In this document: one piece after another, positions 56,149-64,000 of the stretch
How positions within the stretch are numbered: position 1 is the first letter of the stretch
Layout of the letters: each line of letters begins with the position of its first letter
Assembly (NCBI RefSeq): GCF_002105155.1
Contig: NW_019028992.1
Span: 186,001 to 250,000, forward strand
DNA: 64,000 nt
Reading direction: 5' to 3'
Origin: Lobosporangium transversale
Taxonomy: Eukaryota
Made by a program: the position numbers and the translations under genes
Notes under the pieces: generated by a model
Database searches by the model: none
Seen by the model: the letters and a program-made list of their open reading frames with translations, nothing else
What the model was told of the DNA's origin: nothing

Positions 56149-58433
56149 ATGACCTACTATAACAAAGAACAACTCCCCTGTCTCTATCCCGAGATCACTA
56201 TCCCAACCCTTGGCACAGTCAGAGGAACGCTCGACAAAACAGGTCAAGTAGCCAAGTTCTTGAATGTGCCTGTAGCTACTGTACCTGAGAGATGGCGCCC
56301 TGCTGTCAAAGCACAGTCATGGCAAGGTGTCCGTGATGCTACTACACCAGGGTAAGGAGCCGTGCTTTGGATGAAGGGATCAATGGTATAAGGGTCACCT
56401 ACCGCGCGATGAAATGAGCGTATCGGTGACTAACATAAATACCAAATTTCAAAAAATAAAAATAAAAATAAAAAATAGCCCACTACCACCACAGCAAACT
56501 AAGACCAAGGCCGCTATCTTCAGTGGAAATCCTTCGAAAATGGACTACAATACACATATGGATGAATATGACTGCCTTGGATGTAATATCTATATGCCTG
56601 CCGTTGCCACCGCTGAAGATGCAGATCTGCCAGTGATAGTATGGGTGGCCGGAGGCGGTTTCAAGCACGGAGGAGTATCATGTCCAATTTTTGGTAATTT
56701 AATGAACCAAACTGTCGACTGAGGAGAGAATGCTGATGTATGAAGGACATTCCCACCTTTACTTACTGAAGCTAATGCTTAATACTCTTAATATGCTATA
56801 TCTATATAGATTGCACTCCAATCGTCATAAACGCAATTGAGCTACAAAAGCCTGTTGTGATAGTCAGTCTCAACTATCGTATTAACTACTTTGGTTTCCT
56901 CACCTCTAAAGAGATGGTCCTTGATGCTCAGCAATATGCTTCTTCTATTCCACCACAGCTTCGTACTTGGTACCACAACTCTGTTGGCAATTGGGGGCTC
57001 TTGGATCTGATCATGGGTCTGGAGTGGGTTCAAGAACATATTAGTGCTTTCTCTGGTAATCCAAAGAGAGTGACTCTGATGGGTCAATCCGCAGGCTCTA
57101 CAGCTGCATCCTATTTCAATATGCTCCCTCAATGTCATGGCCTGTACCAGCGTGCGATCATGCAATCTGGTGGAGTATCAATGCTGCCAGCTGTACGTCC
57201 TGAGTATGAAGGCCAATGTGTGTTTGATCATCTGTGCAGGTCGCTTCAGATGCCAGATGATCTAGAGCCATTGGAGAAGGTAGCATGGCTACGTGCAGTG
57301 CCTGCAGATGTCATTGCAGAGCTGCTGAATGATACTCCGTTAGTCTTCTTCAGGCCCTCAATCGATGGTATTATCTGTAAGGAGAACGCACAACTAGATG
57401 TATGTGACTTTAGGAAATATAATCCAAACCTGGAGTGGGTCTTAACAGGAACCTGTACCAATGAAGGTAAGTTATTGCTTTTAACCATGACTCTTATACT
57501 GTCTGCAAATACCGCACCATGCGCATTAACCCCTGCTGCACCTTTTACTCATCCTCTATTTTTATTCTATAAAAAAAAAAAAAAAAAGGCTCCATATTGT
57601 TGAAAACATGCGGTGCAACTACAATAGCGGATTTTTCATTTTTTAAGGAGCGCATGTGCGCTCCATCCGATTACTATCTTTTTGATCAGCTATTTGGGGT
57701 CCCTGCGACAAACAAAGAGGTCATGGCGACCGTCGTCAATACTTTGTCATCCTACAATTTTGAATATCCAGTCTATCAGGTCTGTGAAGCCATCGCTACT
57801 CATCCGTCATGTCATTTGACCCAGTATCGTTTCGAAAGAGGAGTTGAAAAGCTGGGTAAGGTGATGCCAGGCCTTGGCATTTTTCATGGAACAGACCTTT
57901 TCTTCACATTTGGCAACAACTCGCATACACAGAGGATCCTTAATGAAGACGAAAGGACCTTTGCAAAGAAAGTTCAAGCTGTGTGGATCGAGTTTGCAAC
58001 TGCCAGTTCTCCTGAGGAGTCATACTTGCCGAAAATGCCTCAATTGACTGGCCCTACTACTTCCGATACAACGATAACCTGCGGTGGTCTTGAAGACCAA
58101 AAGAAGAGTGAAGCCATCTTGTTCTCAAAGTCACTAGAAGTTGTCAGGACCTCAATCTCACCTATGACCATGATGTCCGACGCTGAGATCGACTTTTGCC
58201 GAAGAGCACATGCCTTTGCTGCAGAGATGGCTAGATGTGGCAAGGGAATGGGTTTTGGCTCTCCTCCGGTATTTGATATTCGCACAATCATTGGGACTGA
58301 TGGCACTGTACCACGTCCACTAACCCAGTCTCGACCATCATCAGTATCATCAACATCACCATCATTGCCACTCTCTTCTTCTAAGGCAGAACCAGGAAAT
58401 AGGAGTTTAATGAGGACAGTAGCGCGCCTCTGA
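56149..58433 (+). CDS. Type-B carboxylesterase with PTS1-like C-terminus
   Basis: Oxyanion loop WVAGGGF, LNYRINYFGF, GNWGLLD, catalytic Ser in GQSAG, Glu in GTCTNEG, His in FHGTD. Ends -ARL*. No signal peptide. Confidence 0.92.
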
Positions 58434-58959
58434 TGAACTATACACAATCGAGATACAGAGACCCTTTTAAATAGAAAATGAACTCCTTGTAAATAGAAAA
58501 TGACCCGTAAAGGCGCTAATAAAAAGCTGAAAGCTGTGTCGCAAACAGGAAGTGAGGGAAGCAAGCTAGGGGGCCTATGTTCCACCTCTATCTTTATAAT
58601 GATATCAGTGGTGTCTCCTAGAGCCGCGCAGAGCGATATAGAGGTACATTAACCAGTTAATGTCGCGTATCTGTCAGGTCTGGTTTTTTTAAACTCGAAC
58701 GGAGAAGCAAATTGGTTATCCGAAGTGCTTATTTCTTCATTTACGTCATCAAGTTTTATATTTCATAGAAACTGCCTATATGCCTTGTGTCGCATGATTT
58801 GTATAGATGTGGTGGGTGTGTGCATGGTCCCTTGATCAGAAAAAGCGCTTGATACCAAAGGGTTCGGAATGTTTTGATTAGAAAGAAGGGCTTGGAGGAA
58901 TATCTGAAGAGCAGAAGGAAAAATAAAACAAGTAAAAAATAAAGAACTAACTATAGGAT

Positions 58960-59800
58960 GTGGTCCTCGACATACTTGGTATCACTACCTTAAATGACAA
59001 ATTGGTACTTTGGCCAAGTTCCAAATCTTTTCAAAAAATAAAGGTTCACAGTTGGGCAACGACAGGAAGAACATCAAAAATGTTGACATTCATTAAGGAT
59101 CTCGGCTTTTTGAACGATGGAAAGAAAATCATTGTGTACTTTCAGGCGAGAGATGAAGCTGACTCTGCTGCTCAGTGCCTCGGACATATAAGATCTGGCA
59201 TTAATCCACTGGCTATCATCCTGGTAAGCTGGGTTATAAAGAAACCGGCTAATGGAGCAATTCGAGGGCGGTGTCGTTAATGTTTTGATATCGACCAGGG
59301 CAGCAGGTATGGGACATAATATCAGTGCTGTTCTGCGAGTGGCGTAGTATGGTTATCCTGATAACATACCATCGCTCGCCCAGCGCCTTGGTCGGGCGGC
59401 ACGCAACCCAGCGAGTGTATATTGCTTATCACAGCCAGAACTTCAGGGAGAGTCGAAGATGATATCAATGCCTATGTCAATACTCAGAGTTGGCGTCGAG
59501 TATTCTTAAATGATTTTTTTGACGATGTCCACAAAGTTGTTGAGAGCTGTGTGACAATTATGATCCCGAAATGCAAGAGCGACCAGTCAACCTACCACTA
59601 GAGACTACACCAGACACAGAGATGGTCAACGCAGGATTCAACGGAGCAATTAATCAACATAGAACTTGACACGGCGGCCAAGAAAGAGCGTATGGTATAA
59701 GCAATCACTGCATGGAGAGATAGTCCATTCATTAACGACTTCAGAAGTAAATACCTGTTTTTGACGAAAATATTGTCAAGGCGAGTGACATGATCAAGAA
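58960..59800 (+). pseudogene. Decayed RecQ-like SF2 helicase of an AcademH-type transposon
   Basis: Broken-frame motifs KIIVYFQAR, LISTRAAGMG, YGYPDNIPSLAQRLGRAARN, YVNTQSWRRVFLNDFFD. Confidence 0.7.
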
Positions 59801-62095
59801 GCTTGTAAGGAAGAGCCTTGGCATTGTGGCGCCAGAAGCGATCCTTTCTACTGCTTGTTGGCAGTTTCTTTTGTCTGTCAAGCCAAGTCGCGTCTTCTAG
59901 TTTCTAGTTCCGTGCATAGCTCCAAGAACTCTAGAGGAGCTACAGACCAATGACCATGGCTTATGGTGCCAAGGGACCTTGAAATAAGATTGCACCAAAT
60001 ATCTTCCTCGGATCCCTTGTATTAAGTTTACTCAACACTTAGAGTCCCGCATATGATAAAAGTCATTAGGAAGTATTTTGAGTAAGCTTTATTTAGAGTT
60101 CTTAGAACGCGTCTCCGCTCCAGCCAAACAAGTATAAATATCGTAGACTTGTAACATAGAAAACCCTAGTCTGCAATAAAACTATTCCTGAATCTATTCT
60201 AGTCCTTAAGCTCATTCCTATTCTTGTTTCTCAACTACTTACCTTTCCTTGCAATCATCTTGCCAGCCCTTGACAAAGAGCTACTGTTGCGCCACTCAGA
60301 GCCATAGGAGCCACCACTAGATTCCGAGGCGTTGCCGCAAAGGCCAGAGCTGCATCATGGAGTTGTGCATAGATGCAGAAGTATAATTATGGAAGGAGTG
60401 GAAAGAAGTCTTATGGTAGTGGAAAAGTGGAGCTACGATGTTGGCAAGAGCAACATCTCCCCAATATATCGGAGGAGAGTGAAGCATTGTGGGCAGAGCT
60501 CCTAAAAAAATTACTGAAGAATAAGTTGGTATGGGTATTGCTGCTACACCCGCCGTTACAGCAACTTCTATCGAGGCTACCAACACATTAGCGGCCTTGG
60601 TGGCGACAAGGATCGGTGAACATGCATACCCACAACTCTCTTTTCTATAAGTGAAATAAAATCAAGCTGTATTTCGAAGAGATCATGGTCCGGTTATGTC
60701 GGGAAGCATTATCTTCGCTCTCTCTCTTCCTACCGTAACAGGTTTGATCATATAGTGCATCTAAAATAACTATATAAAAACAAAGCTTTCAATATTAATA
60801 TCTTATGAGAGGAAATAGAACTGAAGAAAATGCTTCCTTTGAAAAGCATACCGGGCGCGATATTCACAAACCCTGCATTCACTAGAGCCTCCCTAATGCG
60901 TCCAACGCCCCCAGTCTTGATGAGATATGAAGATTCTATGAAGATAAGCATATATCTTATAAATAGAGCAGCATTATTAGTCACAGATCCGTTGAGCTAG
61001 GGTCGATTGGCTTTATCTAAGAGCTTATCCAGGATACTGTCCGCATGCTGCTCGTTGGCCTCTTGCAGCACACTTGCGGGGAAAACATAGTGCCTTCATC
61101 TAGGCCCTCCCAATCCGGAACAAGCCTCCATGCATGAATTACCAGTGCATCAAACGTATGAAGGAGGAACTCGTTTACTGCATGGATCAGAATCACTCGC
61201 TTCCGCCTTAACTTTACTGTATAATGTGCTAACGATCCTGGGAAAATCCTCATTTTTTTAAGCGGAAGAGGCAACTTCGATAGAACAGGTATCGATATCT
61301 CTTTGTAACTCTCAAAGGTCCTCTTTAGGGTTGGGATCGCATTATCTCTCGAAGATGCTTTTCGTTCGCAAGAGTAGGCATTAAATAGCAAGAACAGAGG
61401 CAACGAGTGGGGTTGGTATGCTGCTCTTCTTCTGAGCTATGCTTGTGATAATGATTGTCGCTGCAGCTCCGCTTCCAAACAGGCCCTGGTTGTCGAGCTT
61501 TTGATTGTGCTTGCGGTGGGCCGTATTTACACTGTCATAGACAATTAGAAAGGATCTATCCTTCACTTTGCCCTGGACACGGTTGAGCGCGTCTTTGGAT
61601 ATTGACTACTGATGAGGGATTGATAAGAGACTGACAAGCCTGCGCACGCCAAGAATGTGGTGATCTTCTACAAAACCTCTTGACGGGCGGATACAACCCT
61701 AACATCAATTGAAGATAGCTGTAGCTACAGTTACACAGGAGTACAAATACGTTGACAATCACAGGCACAGTTAGCGCTGGGCCCTTCAAACAACTACTGT
61801 TTGTATACGCAATGTCTGATAAGAACTGGTGAAGGATAGGTGCTTTCTCCTTGAAAACTTCACTAATGTACTTGAGCTCGAACTTTTCGATCTTTCCCTG
61901 TGCAATGCCATTCGCTGGGAAATGCAAGGCTTTTATCCTGAGAGGCTCGTCCCAGCTTGCATTTGATATGTTCGAGGACAAAATCGACAGCTTCAGTAGG
62001 TCCATTAACTCTGTAATAGCATTGAACAATCTCCTGAGTATCTTGCTTTTGTGACAGGAAACAGACGTTCGTGACCATCCTGAGTGACAGTCCAT
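58960..62095. mobile_element. AcademH DNA transposon relic (helicase on +, transposase fragments on - at 60748-62095)
   Basis: Transposase-like pieces EKAPILHQFL, YLQLMLGLY, LIVYDSVN...NQKLDNQGLFGSGAAATII, NEFLLHTFDALV, NAALFIRYMLIFIE...KTGGVGRI, convergent with a RecQ-like helicase. Termini not found. Confidence 0.68.
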
Positions 62096-62475
62096 GTTTT
62101 TTTCATGAATTCGAAGACTCCTTGTGTAGCTGGGGAGCAGACTTTTTTCCTATTGCTGTGGTTGTTTATATTTTTATTTTTACTTTATTTTTATTTTTAA
62201 TTTATTTTAATTTTAATTTAACTTTTATTACATAATCTCGTGGACCCTCGTTATCAAAAAACTTAAATTTATTTAAAGTGAGAAAAATGAAAAGAAAAGA
62301 GAGACGAAGGCGAGGAAGAGAGAAAAGAGGGAACTTTGGACGGCATTGAGGAATAAGATAATTGAGGGAACGGGCAGGCCATTCCCCTACGACATGCATG
62401 ACTTAGCCAAAAAAAAAAAAAAAAAAAAATCCCGTAGAGCCCCCAGAAAGTCGTCAACAAATATTTTAAATTGAA

Positions 62476-63592
62476 CGAGCCGGAGACCGTGGCTTCGCCA
62501 CGGCCGGCTCTTGCCTCGTTAGAAAATTCAATGCTTAGCCTCGTAAGACAACAAAAAGAAACATTGTCTACAGCAGCAAAAGGTTTATATTTTGACATAG
62601 GAATGAAGACAATAAACTCACGTAGGCCTTTGGCCTTTTACTACTGTAAAAATTATGTGTAAACTGCACGTTTTTTTTATTACAAAACTAAAATACAAAG
62701 CTAAAATATAGTAGATAAAACGCAATAAAGTAGAATACAAAATATACAAAATAAAATACAGTCGAAACTACAATCAAGAGGGAGAATATCTGGTAATCAC
62801 AACATTTGATAGATTAACGACGGCGAGGAGGTAACGCAGTAAATGACAATCAAAAGACAATGTGGCTATAAAGCATCTTTGAAGACAATGTTCCGTGTGT
62901 ATGTTCCTAGCCTATCTCTTACCTTGCCGTTCGCGATAAGTACCTTAAGATTATTTGGGTCTGTACACCGTGACAAAGCAACGTAGAGATGACCATGACT
63001 GAAAACATCTTGAGGAAGATAAACACCAACATGTTTGAGTGTCTGTCCCTGGGACTTGTTGACGGTCATGGCGAAGGCAGGCTTGACTGGAAATTGTCGT
63101 CTGCAGAACATGATCGGAGAAGAATGATCATCAAGTGTCGTAAGCGGTATGCGAGGAATAAAGACACACTCTCCTTGAAATTGTCCTTTCATAATCTCGG
63201 CCTGGATCATTCTTGTGCCTAATGCACGTACAATCATGCGAGCACCATTACATAGTCCGCGCTTTGGGTTCAAATTGCGAAGAAGGATGACGGGCTGACC
63301 AACCTTTAACTCCAGTTTAAACGGAGGCAAGCCTGGCGGGGAGAGGTTGTTCAGGTATTCCACAGGATAGTGAGCCGTAGCTGCTGCTTCGGGGTCTTGA
63401 AGGCTATCTTAACCAATATAACTGACTGACTGCTGGGTGCTACAGAGCATACTGGTGGCTAGTTGATTCAGTTTATCGACATCCTCATTAAGGGAACTCA
63501 AGATAGCGCGCTCAATGAGCATCTCAGGAAGGAGTCTAGCATTTTCGATATCCGGAAATATCTGCTTAATGAGTAACTGAAGACTGATGTTA
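62476..63592 (-). mobile_element. Helitron relic: Pif1 helicase C-terminal half plus 3' hairpin terminus
   Basis: ERAILSSLNEDV, GLPPFKLELKVGQPVILLRNL...GLCNG, RRQFPVKPAFAMTVNKSQGQT, VFSHGHLYVALSR, TRNIVF. In-frame stop at 63409-63411. 3' end CCGTGGC-GAA-GCCACGG-TCTCCGG-CTCG|T. Confidence 0.85.
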
Positions 63593-64000
63593 CATAAAAT
63601 GCATATAATATGATATAGTACGAAAAAATTAAAAAAATTAAAAAAATTAAAAAAATTAAAAAAATAAAAAATAAAAAATAAAAAATAAAAAAAAAAAAAG
63701 GAAATAAAGAGAGAACAAAATGTAGCTCACCTTCGCCTTTGCGTGGGTCTCTCATTTTCGATATCAAGGTCATGGTCAAAGCTTCGCTCGCGCACTGCTC
63801 CATGATTGGCTTCATTTGGATATGGCTGCTAAATCAATGGATCAATGGACAGTAATAATCCGTTATAAAGTCATATCGATGGCGAGGAAGAGTATGATTA
63901 TATGAAATATTTAAAGTACGTAGAGCCCACCTTTCAGCACTCGGACATGTACTTCGATTATGTCCTGGGCACTTGCAAGTGCTACACATATGCGGCCTTT

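Noticed and set aside
63540..63765. 13-bp direct repeat cattttcgatatc (63540 and 63753)
   Set aside because: Short, and it does not delimit a recognisable element or target-site duplication.

Overview
Eukaryotic, intron-rich, gene-dense fungal DNA. A Mortierellaceae/Mucoromycota-type genome is inferred from the gene set, the short GT-AG introns and the long poly(A)/poly(T) tracts. All exon structures were built by hand from splice signals and reading frame. About 18 protein genes: MTR4 (cut by the window edge), Rheb, an RS-rich protein, a HAD hydrolase, an ankyrin-NUDIX NADH pyrophosphatase, a five-exon stefin/cystatin-like gene largely missed by the ORF track, HAT1, a VanZ-like protein, calcipressin, a large BTB protein, DSK2/ubiquilin, an RCC1-repeat protein, an acyl-CoA synthetase, an nrc-2/Fpk1-type kinase, a PacC-like factor, a patatin TAG lipase and a type-B carboxylesterase. 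There are also kinase and Nup85-like pseudogene fragments, a 347-bp duplicated esterase fragment, a MITE-like inverted-repeat element, and a terminal transposon graveyard (AcademH relic plus Helitron relic). Most notable: the divergent fungal stefin; the NUDIX gene with both a mitochondrial-type presequence and a PTS1, next to a PTS1-bearing HAD; Rheb with a Leu-ended CaaX box and a GC-AG intron; four clustered PacC sites upstream of pacC; and unusual A/U homopolymer intron architecture. No tRNA, rRNA or CRISPR array was seen.
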